DNA of 64,000 bases from positions 16,567-80,566 of the forward strand of contig CAZAFL010000007.1 of NCBI GenBank assembly GCA_964484465.1, read 5' to 3'. Under the pieces are notes generated by a model that was not told where the DNA came from, did not search any database, and saw nothing but the letters and a program-made list of their open reading frames with translations. This DNA is from an uncultured Chlorobiaceae bacterium (GTDB lineage Bacteria > Bacteroidota > Ignavibacteria > UBA10030 > SZUA-254). The position numbers and the translations under genes were made by a program. Positions 21,341 through 32,300 of the stretch are shown in pieces. How positions within the stretch are numbered: the stretch's first letter is position 1; each line of letters begins with the position of its first letter.

Positions 21341-24300
21341 TTACTTCATCAAGAGAAGTTTTTTGGACCCATAGAATAGATGCTTTCCTTGTAAGTCAGC
21401 AGCCGCCATGCGGATGAAGTAAACGCCGCTCGCGGCATTCCTGCCATCCCAGCTTGCTGTATATTCTCCAGCTCCTTGCACCGCATGTACAAGGGTCTCG
21501 ATCCTTTGTCCTACGAGGTTATACACCTCTAGCTCCACTCGCACAGTCGCAGGAAGTTGATACTTGAAGGTGGTCGTAGGATTAAATGGGTTAGGATAAT
21601 TTTGTTCAAGCGCAAAAGTGGTCGGAGTTCTCATCGCGACTGTTTTCGGTGGATTGTTGAACCGGACATAGCGTCCTTTAGATATCAAGACGTAACTCCG
21701 CTCGCCAGTACCAATTTCGGGCACTTTGGCAAATTGCAACACAATCGCCTCTCCAGGTCCTAGGGTCGCGTAGGAAGAGTCGGACCGCAGTAGTTGTGCC
21801 TTTACATTCCCTTGCGTGGAGTGTATTGCGCGCCGGAGCGGAGCTTCGTGAACCTGATAGCGATCCGGAAGTCTGACAGCAAGACTCGCAAAGTCGAGAT
21901 AACACCGTTCGTCCACATTGAGGCTTAAATCCGTCGTGTCCAGCTCACCTACCGGAACGTATACGACTGAAGGGCGCCTACGAAACGTGAATACCCCACT
22001 ATGGCTTTCACTGTTTCCAAGCGCAATTTTTCCTAATCTCTGTTTCTTATCCCCAGGGGGTGGCTGACTTCCAACAAGAACTCCACCACCGTCCACGCTG
22101 GCGCCTGTTGACACTTTGGTCGACAGCTGTTCGAATCGAAGCGAAAGCACGTCACCAACTGAACCTTCTACCATTATACTGTCGCTTGCCGAGAGTTTGT
22201 CAAGCACATTAGCACCCCTAAGGATCGCCTGTGTCATTCGCATTGGCATGGTATACAAGATAACTTCACCATCTTCCGCGACGGCGACATGTGTATTTGT
22301 CGGATGGTCAATCACGAACAGCTGAAATCTGTCGAAGCGCGACCGTTCCTCCTCAAATTCTCTAATTTGCAATAGATAACTGCTATCATTTGCCACGATC
22401 CGGCGACGGAGTTTGTAGATATCAGTCACGTCTCCTTGAGAGGAGTCGGTGTACTCGCTCGCAGGAAGTATATTATTGTCTTCCACGAAGCGGGTTCCGT
22501 CCCACGTGAAAACAAATGGACAACCTCCACCCGACGATGTACTTCCTGTTGTGAATACAGATCCCGACCAACTGCCCGACCCGTTCACGTTTATCGCTTT
22601 CACTCGCCAATAATACTGCGTGTACGGTGATAAATCAATTGCGACGCCAGTGGTCGTTAACCCTGATCTCGATTCAACAATTGAACTAAAGTCTGCATCG
22701 TCATCCACTTCAAGAGTATAACTTGTCGCGCCGGGCACACAGTTCCAGTTAAATTGTACGGGGATAGGAACATCGACTGCCTGGTCTTCCGGTGCAACGC
22801 GAATGGGTTCCGGCGGCGCAGTAGCAGATGTAACCTGGCTGGTCGTAATCGAATAGGGTGGTCCATCGGTACTCGCGTAAACAAGATATCGTAGAGGATT
22901 GCTTGACGTGAACGTGCCTGAGACGTTCGCTTGCTGACCTCCGTTTGCCAGAACATAGGGATCTGTCCATGAACCGGAAACGTACTGAGCAGCAAGGATT
23001 GTCCCATCATCCTGATACCAGGTAAGTGTTAGGTCGTTCTGAGTTGTTGAGGAGTAGCGATAATCCGTCACAGCGGGCGCATGTGGCAAATATCCGTCGC
23101 CCAAGCACAAATTGGGAAATGTGTGTTCTTCTAATATGCTCCCATAGTTGCTGCTAGCCGAACGCTTTTGTGTTCTAATATACCCTCTATGCGCCACAAG
23201 ATGCTTATATTCATATGCAATAGTTACATCTCCAGCACCGTCGACTGCAATAGTCGGATGAGAGGTCACCCATAGTGGGCTATTGGAGACAACTGAATAA
23301 GGACCAAACCAGGATATATTATTAACGTCGACCGGAGGTGAAGTATTTTGGTATGTTCCATACGCAAACTTGATACCGCCGGCATCCCCCGGCTCCTCCC
23401 ATGTAATGAGGAACCAGTAATGAACTATGTCCGTGGTTTTGGTCGATCCCCCAAAGACTCTAACGGCGAGTGCCGGGTTTCTGGGATCGGTTACGTATGA
23501 GTTACTAAATTGAAATGAACTCCAGTATGATTGAAAGGGCCATCCGGAACAAGCACTTACATATGGATATCTTCCTACGGAGAATTCTAATGTTGGACTA
23601 ATAATATCATCGCGCAGGCTGCTAATTACCGCCAATAATGGTGGAGCAGTTCCAGTCGTTTTTGTAATAACGGCAACCGGATTAGGCGAATAGCTCGTTA
23701 AATAGGTAAATGCGCTGGATAAAAAGTCTGTTCTGCCACAAAACGTGTAGGGGTATATCGGTGAATAGACAGACTGACCTCCATCCCACATTACTGAATG
23801 CTCGGAGTTTTGTCCGTTTGCTATGGTTCTCTCATACATCGTATAAACCGTTGCTCCGTCATCCCCCAATATCAGGCTCGGTGAACGGTAGGCAGTATCA
23901 CCATTCGGCACCCGACTTACCAAAGCCTCTTTGCTCCAGGTATTACCATTATTTGCTGAAATTGTTTTGAATATCGCTCCTCCGCTTTCGTACACCATGT
24001 TGAGTTTGCTATCGTTCGTCTGTACAAGCTTTCGTTGCGAATTAGAGGATAGAACAGATGTTGAATTTGAGGCAAGATGAGGCATTTGAGCAACGGCTAC
24101 ATTTGAACCATTACCTTCCACATTGCCATTAATGGCAGCAACTTGAAAGGAGTACTGTTGCTGCTGTGATAATGAGAAATCCGTATAAGATGTGGAGGTG
24201 ACATCCGTTGAAAATGACGGACATGCCCCTCCGCTCGAAGTTCGATAGATCCGATACCCTGCAGCTCCTGCTACAGGGTTCCAAGTCAGCTGAACATATG

Positions 24301-26254
24301 CAGGCTCGACTTTTGTGGCAGCTAGATTTGCGGGAGCCGCGATACTACCCAACGCAGGCGTCGTCACGCTTGTTTCAGTCGAGTAAGATGACGTTGTTGT
24401 TCCGCTATAGGATCGGATTCTATAAGTGTAGCTACTGCTGGGACCTACGCAATAATCATTGTACTGCGCCGTATTTGGAGGTAGTGTAGCAACCTCAACA
24501 AACGAACCTCCCCCGGTTTTTCTTTCGACCTTGTGCCCGTCTTCAAAGGCTGAATTATCTGTAAATGTTATTGTAATATGCTTTGGTGAATTGGCGATGC
24601 CTGCAACGCCGCTCGGGCGACCAAGATATGGATTAGTTCTATTATTGTTGAGCCAAGTCATTATTTGGTTTTTGCTATCTGACGTTACCTCATCATGTCG
24701 GTGAAATGTTGTTTGTTCGATAAGACCATCAAACCATGAAGTACCCCCCGAAAGTGATCCGTCTGTGTTTCTGACGTAGCCATCTAAATCTGTTGCACTT
24801 TCAGTTGGGATAAAACCGGGATTATAATTCACGGTAAAGTGCCAATTTGCGGCAGCTCCTAATCCGAAAATAGGCCAACCAAAATAGTAATACTTGAACC
24901 CATCAACGTGAAGCGTAGTAAGGTCAAGTGGAAACGTAGATCCTGGCCATAGATCGCGATTCTGGCTAGGAAAGTTATATGTTGCTTCAGCAAGGGGCAG
25001 TGTAATAATATCTCCATAATTCATATTTGCGTAAACTATCAGAGTAGCCAGAGGACTACTTGTAGTAAGCGTAGGATAGTTGGTGTTTAAATTGCCGTTT
25101 GAGACAGCATAATTCTTACACCTGCGAGGATACCCGTTCGTATAACCTAATAGCGGATTTGAATTATTTAGACCACTTATTGATTGATAAAAACCGTTAT
25201 GAATCCCTCCCGATGGATCATAAACATCCTCATATAGCATCTGTTCGGCCGCTGTTGCCGTAAGTAAATATTGCTGAACAGCATTACCATAAGTTTTCAA
25301 TACTCCCTGCAAATTGGTGTTGACGTGAGCCCCTTGTTGTGGAGCATCGAAGGAGATAAATGTGTTGACGAAATGATCAATATATTGTCCTGGATGAAGC
25401 CCGCTAGCCGCGTCATCTTCTGCCCAGGCAAGTCCATATCTCGCCACCACACCACCCATGCTAATTCCAACAACTTGAACAGCTGCATCAGCGCCATTGA
25501 GTTTGTCATGGAGAAATTTGGTTGATCCCAAGAATACATTTTTATTAAGGGTAATATCTGCTCCCCCATATCCATATCGAAGAATGAATACATCATAGCC
25601 CTGATTTCTTGCCTCCTGAACAAGATCGAAACCCGCAGCATAGATAAATCCCGGGTCAGATGCACCTCCTGGATTTGGATCATATCCGGGTAATACAAGA
25701 ACCGGTCGATTGTAAGCGTTATCGACTCCCTCCCAGTAATACAATTGATCAGGTGCTGGGCTGTCATCTTGATACACTGCGGTCGGCAATGGTGCGACAT
25801 GTAATTCATATTGTTTTTGACGCGTTGTCGTCTGACCTGCGGTATTAGTTAAGCGCAATTCGAAGGTTAATATATATTTACCCGGGGTCGAGTAAGTTTT
25901 AGTTACTGTCGCATGAACATCATTAAGAGTGCTCTGTTGCGAGAACCAATCATGCCACTGGACACCGTTACTAGCGTCAAGATCATCATCCCACCGCAGA
26001 TCTTGGAATACCGCATTGGATCCCGATGTCCCATAAAAGGTGTAAAAATAAAAAGTGATCGGTTGACCGGCATACACAAGACGTTGTGAGGGAACATAAT
26101 TATTGACGTCAAGCGAAACAAGTGGAAGGTTAATAAAAAAATCAACGTGATTGTTAGGTGAAAACGAGATGGGAGTAGAGCTAAAAGTTTGAGCGTATCC
26201 AAAAGTTACACTCTGCAAAACACAGAATGTGAGGAAAAGTATGCGATAACACAT
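21341..26254 (-). CDS. Large secreted multidomain protein: PKD-like, lipase-type alpha/beta hydrolase, FN3 repeats, T9SS-like C-terminal domain
   Basis: Signal peptide; GISMGG and FDAPQQGA; FN3-like blocks (YTYRIRSY, YSFQVAA, YYWRVKA); GGCPFVFTWDG; FALEQNYPNPFNPTT...SGVYF. Confidence 0.85.
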   Translation of the reverse strand: MCYRILFLTFCVLQSVTFGYAQTFSSTPISFSPNNHVDFFINLPLVSLDVNNYVPSQRLVYAGQPITFYFYTFYGTSGSNAVFQDLRWDDDLDASNGVQWHDWFSQQSTLNDVHATVTKTYSTPGKYILTFELRLTNTAGQTTTRQKQYELHVAPLPTAVYQDDSPAPDQLYYWEGVDNAYNRPVLVLPGYDPNPGGASDPGFIYAAGFDLVQEARNQGYDVFILRYGYGGADITLNKNVFLGSTKFLHDKLNGADAAVQVVGISMGGVVARYGLAWAEDDAASGLHPGQYIDHFVNTFISFDAPQQGAHVNTNLQGVLKTYGNAVQQYLLTATAAEQMLYEDVYDPSGGIHNGFYQSISGLNNSNPLLGYTNGYPRRCKNYAVSNGNLNTNYPTLTTSSPLATLIVYANMNYGDIITLPLAEATYNFPSQNRDLWPGSTFPLDLTTLHVDGFKYYYFGWPIFGLGAAANWHFTVNYNPGFIPTESATDLDGYVRNTDGSLSGGTSWFDGLIEQTTFHRHDEVTSDSKNQIMTWLNNNRTNPYLGRPSGVAGIANSPKHITITFTDNSAFEDGHKVERKTGGGSFVEVATLPPNTAQYNDYCVGPSSSYTYRIRSYSGTTTSSYSTETSVTTPALGSIAAPANLAATKVEPAYVQLTWNPVAGAAGYRIYRTSSGGACPSFSTDVTSTSYTDFSLSQQQQYSFQVAAINGNVEGNGSNVAVAQMPHLASNSTSVLSSNSQRKLVQTNDSKLNMVYESGGAIFKTISANNGNTWSKEALVSRVPNGDTAYRSPSLILGDDGATVYTMYERTIANGQNSEHSVMWDGGQSVYSPIYPYTFCGRTDFLSSAFTYLTSYSPNPVAVITKTTGTAPPLLAVISSLRDDIISPTLEFSVGRYPYVSACSGWPFQSYWSSFQFSNSYVTDPRNPALAVRVFGGSTKTTDIVHYWFLITWEEPGDAGGIKFAYGTYQNTSPPVDVNNISWFGPYSVVSNSPLWVTSHPTIAVDGAGDVTIAYEYKHLVAHRGYIRTQKRSASSNYGSILEEHTFPNLCLGDGYLPHAPAVTDYRYSSTTQNDLTLTWYQDDGTILAAQYVSGSWTDPYVLANGGQQANVSGTFTSSNPLRYLVYASTDGPPYSITTSQVTSATAPPEPIRVAPEDQAVDVPIPVQFNWNCVPGATSYTLEVDDDADFSSIVESRSGLTTTGVAIDLSPYTQYYWRVKAINVNGSGSWSGSVFTTGSTSSGGGCPFVFTWDGTRFVEDNNILPASEYTDSSQGDVTDIYKLRRRIVANDSSYLLQIREFEEERSRFDRFQLFVIDHPTNTHVAVAEDGEVILYTMPMRMTQAILRGANVLDKLSASDSIMVEGSVGDVLSLRFEQLSTKVSTGASVDGGGVLVGSQPPPGDKKQRLGKIALGNSESHSGVFTFRRRPSVVYVPVGELDTTDLSLNVDERCYLDFASLAVRLPDRYQVHEAPLRRAIHSTQGNVKAQLLRSDSSYATLGPGEAIVLQFAKVPEIGTGERSYVLISKGRYVRFNNPPKTVAMRTPTTFALEQNYPNPFNPTTTFKYQLPATVRVELEVYNLVGQRIETLVHAVQGAGEYTASWDGRNAASGVYFIRMAAADLQGKHLFYGSKKLLLMK

Positions 26255-26290
26255 AACATCCTCCTTCGGTTAAGGTGAGTGGGGGGGAAC

Positions 26291-27409
26291 TTATTTGTGA
26301 TAGATGTCTAACTTCTTAAGTTCATTCGTTTGTAAATCGTATGTATAATTATAAAAAGTACTTGTTTGCTGATTCTCCGCTGCATATACGAGATGATTGT
26401 TGTCTGGTGACCAAGCATAACTGAACAGTGAAACGTTGACACTGTCAGTAAGTCTCTTAATGTCAATGCTATACTTATCCACAACATAAAGATCTCGTTG
26501 TATCGTCGAACTCGCTAGTAAGAAGAGGAGGCGGTTTCCATCTGGTGACCATTGCACCTCACTTCCTCCAGCCCCGCTGGGTATTTGATGGAAATTCGAT
26601 TTTGTTGTTGGCAAACTGACGCTGTCGAGATCTATCAGGTACTCTCCATCATCACTTTCCCCACCCAGACCCCAAACGAAAATCAATTCATTTCGCATTG
26701 GCGATGGACGTGGAAACGCGCTTGCGTAAGACGTTGTATCAACTGGTAGAGAATTTGACCCATCAACATTCATCACAAAAACCTTCCCTCCATATTGTGT
26801 CGCAATACGACCTGATAAATACGCAATTTTTTGACCATTACTCATAAAGCTTCCATCCTTATTTGCGAAACTACCATATGTCAGTTGTGTTAACGATCCA
26901 GTCTGAACATTGGCGCTTACGAGTTGGTAATTTACCCCACTTCCGTTGTCTATCCCACCATCAAAAATGAGTGTTCGGCTATCGGGTGACCATCTAAGGT
27001 TTTCCCAGTTGCCTCCGATCGCCGTGAGATCATGGGGATTAGTTCCATCAGCATTCATAATCCACACGTGCGCGCAGCACCATTGTCTACCCACTTCCGC
27101 CGCCAGGTATGCAATCATACTACCATCCGGCGAGAGGGTAGGAGACAGTTTTGCCAAGGAATCTTTTTCCAGAAGGCTTGCTAATCCTCCAGCAGGATCT
27201 ACCGAATAAAATTGATCACCTTCCAATCCTGAAGAGCCACTTATGCCGATAATCCGTTTTCCATCCGAGGACCAAAAAGGAGAGCGTAAGGTCAAGACCG
27301 AATCCACGGGCGGTGGCGGACCAATGATTGTCGAATCCTTCTTGCAATCGCAGTTGAAGCATGTACCAAAAATTATCAACGCTATCGGAAGGAGGAACCA
27401 CTTTATCAT
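26291..27409 (-). CDS. TolB-like PD40 beta-propeller, probable lipoprotein
   Basis: Repeated WSPDG/LSPDG/WSSDG; AAGGA before ATG 27409 giving signal MIKWFLLPIALIIFGTC (ORF track starts at 27502). Confidence 0.85.
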   Translation of the reverse strand: MIKWFLLPIALIIFGTCFNCDCKKDSTIIGPPPPVDSVLTLRSPFWSSDGKRIIGISGSSGLEGDQFYSVDPAGGLASLLEKDSLAKLSPTLSPDGSMIAYLAAEVGRQWCCAHVWIMNADGTNPHDLTAIGGNWENLRWSPDSRTLIFDGGIDNGSGVNYQLVSANVQTGSLTQLTYGSFANKDGSFMSNGQKIAYLSGRIATQYGGKVFVMNVDGSNSLPVDTTSYASAFPRPSPMRNELIFVWGLGGESDDGEYLIDLDSVSLPTTKSNFHQIPSGAGGSEVQWSPDGNRLLFLLASSTIQRDLYVVDKYSIDIKRLTDSVNVSLFSYAWSPDNNHLVYAAENQQTSTFYNYTYDLQTNELKKLDIYHK

Positions 27410-27955
27410 CGTAGGAGTATCCTTATGAAAACAGAATTGTTGCATATCGGTGACTCTTTTCCAGCGCATTAGAGAGGAAAACAAACGATCTCTAATAGTC
27501 AAAAAGTTAATGCCAAAATTGTTCTAATGGTATGTGTTTATTTCCATAGCAGATAGACAATTCAGTGGTACTGTTAAGACATCTTAATACCCTTTTTCTC
27601 TTAAAGGTTTAGTAAGATTTAAAAGCACATAACTGGGCAATAGCAAAAGAACGGGGTATGAATAAGCTCTAAACGAGCGATGTGGCACCTTCTCCTCCTC
27701 TCTGTCCTCGGTCTAACTATTATCAATGTACAACTCATTATTACAATAATCAAGCAATATCGTTACTTCCGCGCGAAAAAATTTCTATTAGTTGCAGAAA
27801 TTTCTCCCTCGTAAAATTCTTTGTATAAAAGCCAGAAACAATTTACGTCTGGCAATTTTGGCTCTTAGGTTAAAAGGCATTACAGATCGGGGAAAAATCT
27901 GGGGATACAGTTTGAAGGTTTGACAGGAAGGCAAAGAATTTTAATTTGGCTTTTT

Positions 27956-28750
27956 CTATTGTATCCAATGATAACCTTCACGAGTTATGCTCATAATTCG
28001 TATAGGTGCTCCATTCCCTGTAGGGTCGATTTCAATTGCTTTTTGAAGTCCTACTTGAATGAATGCAACGGGATTAACAACACCCAAATTCTTGAGAATT
28101 CCAAGTGTAAGTTGGTCACTGACATCACTAATCCAGTCGGAATAAGTAGAATCGACGGCGTTGATAGACGGATATACAGATTTAACTACCACAAGTTCGG
28201 GGACAAAATACGGGGAGTGGTCAAGCGCAGAAGGAATATTTTTTGGTCGAAAATCATACAAAATAACAGTGGGTATGTCTTCATAAAAACCAAAAATGCC
28301 CACCGCTACCCGACGTGCAAACAAATTGGGAAAAAGTGTAGTGGTGAGCATGTTTTTCCACGCATCCTCAATTGGCTTTCTGATATTGATGCACAGCATT
28401 TCAGCTTGTTGGTAAATGTTACTGTTAAGAGCGAGAGAAGAATCTACAATCTTAAATATATCAAAGCCGGTCGGCGAATAGGAATATACTCCCGATACAG
28501 CATAACAAGTATTTCCGACCGCTCTAATTTTTTCAGTAGTAGTAGATTTAAGAAGGGAGATTCCGGCATAGTCATAAGAAACTTTACTATCAGCCCCGAC
28601 AACGATGCTATCTTTCGTTCTGACCAAAACAATGGTGGTTCCGTGAGTCCATTCTTGAGCCAGAGCAACAGTAGTATTCAAAAAGAATCCAAAGATGACA
28701 ATTTTAAAATAAATTACTATACAGTTTATTTTGACTCTCTTGCTTGGCAT
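27956..28750 (-). CDS. Exported proteasome-beta/HslV-like Ntn (Thr) hydrolase
   Basis: Signal-like segment ending VALA, then QEWTHG-TTIVLVRTKDSIVVGADSK...KIRAV...AVSG; start at ATG 28750 inferred (ORF track starts at 29017). Confidence 0.7.
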   Translation of the reverse strand: MPSKRVKINCIVIYFKIVIFGFFLNTTVALAQEWTHGTTIVLVRTKDSIVVGADSKVSYDYAGISLLKSTTTEKIRAVGNTCYAVSGVYSYSPTGFDIFKIVDSSLALNSNIYQQAEMLCINIRKPIEDAWKNMLTTTLFPNLFARRVAVGIFGFYEDIPTVILYDFRPKNIPSALDHSPYFVPELVVVKSVYPSINAVDSTYSDWISDVSDQLTLGILKNLGVVNPVAFIQVGLQKAIEIDPTGNGAPIRIMSITREGYHWIQ

Positions 28751-29043
28751 GGTGGAATGCAAAATAGAAGTCTTAAAGGACAATGGATGCAATCTGTTAA
28801 TGATATTGACTTGGATATTAGCGAAGATGAAGAACATTGGTTTCATCTTGTTGGGTTTTTGCCTTGTGTAAACAATTTGCCTTCGGTTCACTTCAAGAAT
28901 AACGGATAAAAATGAGGTAAATTCAAGCAAGAAAACATCGGATACCGCCATAGATATTCGATAAAGACATTTTAGAAATCCTTCTCGTTCGCTGCATTGA
29001 CAGCGAGGGTAAACCAAGAGTTTGCTCTATGGCACGGGAAGGA

Positions 29044-29282
29044 TTTTTTCATGCAATTATGACCAATCAAGAAATATATGAGCTATTGAGACAGCGTCCC
29101 AACATGGCAGGAGAAGATTTATTAAGGATGGCACTTACAAAATCGGGACCACGTCGTCGGCATAGGACCGCATTCTAAAAGTCGCGCGAACTGTTGCTGA
29201 TCTTGGAAATTCGCCAGGCAGTCACTCTGATAATATCAACGAAGCAATTCAGTACAAAAGCCTGGATGGCAATATTTGGTAG
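29044..29282 (+). pseudogene. comM: Decayed 3' fragment of comM/YifB Mg-chelatase-like ATPase
   Basis: Translates AGEDLLRMALTK then after a frameshift A*DRILKVARTVADL...EAIQYKSLD..W*, matching the ComM C-terminal AYDRILKVARTIADL...EAIQYRSLD. Confidence 0.8.
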
Positions 29283-29334
29283 GAACGAATCTCAAAACAA
29301 CTGATTTCATCTTAGTTCATTACTGGTTCATTTT

Positions 29335-32300
29335 CTAAAATCCGCTGTTTCTTAGAGCATCGGTCAGCATTAACGCCGACACATCCAAATTCGCTATTTC
29401 AGAATACACAATTCTCCCCTGACCGGGAAGAATGCCCGCCGGACCTACCGAGCCCCCAAAATTTTCAGAACTTATGTATTCAGTTTCGGTTATCAGAAGG
29501 CGGAAATTTTTCAAATCCGGCTCTTGGTCAAACACAACCGTACCAGACCAAAGCATCACATCCGGGGTGTTCACTGCGGGATTAACGGGAAGAGCATCCA
29601 CCCTTGCAACGCTCGCAGGAACGGAATTCCACGCAAGGTCACTCGTGACGTTGTGATCCTTTTGCTGAACTTCAACGGCAAAGACCGTAGGCGCAGACAA
29701 TGATGAATTCGTCGAGCCTAAGGGAAGTTGCGGTCCTCTCGGTGTTACTCCGCTCACTGTCACCTTAACGTTCCTCGGATGATGCGGGTCAACCGTGATT
29801 AGTGCCGTTCGTCCTTGCGGGAGTTGCGCAAAATCGGCAACGGCGACGCGCGAAATCATGGCATCTTCCAGGGCATGTGGCTGATACCGCACCAATGCCA
29901 GCCGGATAAACGGCATGTACGTTCGTGTTTGTGTTTCAATGGTAATGTCGGCAAACCATAAGCCGCGCGTTTCATCAAATTTGACCGGAAATCCCACCAC
30001 ATCAACGCGCCCGGGCATATTGGAACCAAAAGACGCTGAGGGTTCTTCGAGCGTCACTGAGAGATCGTGCGCAACCGCATCCGGGAAATTATATACTGAT
30101 GGAGTTCCGTACAGAAGATCTGTTTCCCAAATGGGATCCATTCCCCACTGTGTGATGAACGATTTGAACTTATCTCTCGTGGCAGAATCCAATACGGGGT
30201 TTTCAACGCTCCACAATGCGACGCCGAGGAGTTCCCCTTCGCCGGATGAGAACCACGGACGTTTCAGGTACACCCTCAAACCGCCGCCGAAACGAATGCT
30301 CCTTTTGACGTTCGAATCCGTTTGACGCTCCCAGCCGAACGTGGGAACGACATACACGATCTCCGGAGCCAACGGGCGCGCGGATGCGGGAATATCGACA
30401 ATGACGGGAAGGCCTGTTCTCGTAAAATCGGTATTCGGATCGGGTTCAAAATAATCCTGATAACGCGAGGTTGCAACCGCCGAATAACTGACGAGATGAT
30501 GTTTGGTGTCGTTCAACATATGACGGGGAGCGGCATGGGCGGTGAACTCAAACAGATTATTGCCATCACCAAGCAGGTCATTCTTGCGCGCAAAAATGAT
30601 CTGATCATGCTCAGTGTCGTAATATCCCGTTTGACGAATTTCGATACCGGGTGCATATAGGAAATCCTCATTGAGCGAAGGCAGGCGCAGCTCGTCAACC
30701 GTGCCCGAGTGATGACTTTCCGTTAATGCGATCAACGCGGGATCGTCGACAGGATCAGTCCACGCCGCAAGGAGGTCAACCTTAGCGGTGCTTGCCCCGT
30801 GGATTTTCAATGCACCCATAATGAGCGCATCGTTGGAATTGGGATAACGCCATGCTGTGAGAGGTGCGAGCTCGTTCGAATCGGTTCTTCCGCGGTCTCG
30901 TGCGCGTTGAAGCTTGTCCGGCACAATCTCGACGGCGCTGTGTTCAATATCGACGCCCGTGAATTCCGGCAGACCGAGAGGCTGTTGAACGGCATGAACG
31001 AGGTTCAATAACCTCGGTGGTGTCAGCATCCAATGCCCGCCCTCCATCGTCCGTTGAAGGATATGGGCGATCCGGTCGACATTGCTGCCGGGCTCCGGAA
31101 CTTCGGATTCAATGCCGCTCAAACTCATCTCCTGGATCTGTTCGCTCAACCATTTCCACATCCCCATCAGCGGCAAATCTTCCGGCTTAAGGTAACTGGA
31201 AAGCGGAACCACTTTTGACGTTCCCTTCGGTAAAAAGACGGTAAGAACGCGCTCGATTGCGTTCCAGTGCGGCTTCGGGTCTGTCTGACCCGGGGCAGGC
31301 TCAGCCAAAGCAAGTCTGAAGCCCGCTTCCTGCTGCCATCCGCTCTCGCCGCCGAAACTCACAGTCACTGCCGAGCCGGGACGCGGATTGGGATCGCTGA
31401 GTTTCTTATATGGCGCCGGACCGGTTCCGGAAGTCCTTCCGCCCATGCGGGCGAGCGTGCCGTTTTCCGTTCCGGGCAGATCGCGGAGCGCGGCTCCCCG
31501 GGAAAACAGATCAGGCAAATGTGGCAATGGATTAATCTGTGGTCCCGCATCAAGAGGATACTCTTCAGGGTCATGACCTGCGGTCGCGAATTTTTGTTTT
31601 TTGAATTCCCCCTCATCGCGCTGAGCAATGAGAGACCACATTGCTTTGCTCCCGTCGATTTTACCCGATGCGTCATCAAACATACCAAGCTGCTCTCCCA
31701 TCTCAATGCTTGATCGGGGTGGGACGATGTGCCGGTCGCCTGCGGTGGTGTCCGGCGCAAGACCGTCTTTTGAGATATCGTTATTGAACGTTCGGATCAC
31801 AAGGCGCTCCATTGCCGACCCCGCTCCCGTGATGGCTTTGGGATCGCGAATGATCACGTACGGCGCCCCAACCGGCTCAAAGCGCAGATACGGTATGCCG
31901 TCGCTATCGTTAGGAAGTGCAGCAGACGGAAATTCTTTTATAAGCTTTTTCGTAATCTCCTCGTCGAGGCCGATGCTGTTGCCCGATAAATCGACTGCGC
32001 GAAGGCGAAAGCGGTACCGCGCTCCGAAGCGCAGCCGCGGCAACGTTCCCGGCGGCAGGTTGAATGTCGTCGTAAGTTTGAACGGAGTGTCGGGCTGATT
32101 CTCCAGAAACTTCCCTTCCGGGTCGGAGTCGCCTTTCTTTTGTACGGCGTCCTTAGAATTTGGGTAACGCGACAAGTGCTTGCTCGGGCGGGGAACGCTT
32201 AAACTCCATCCCGCCCATCGGGTAATTGCCTCGTGCAAATAGAGGTCGTCCGTTGCCGGCTCCGAGTTTTTGGCAGGTTGTGTGAGCGCGAGCTGGATAA

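Noticed and set aside
27920-28909. 329 aa plus-strand ORF
   Set aside because: Antisense shadow of the proteasome-like gene; no motif, atypical composition
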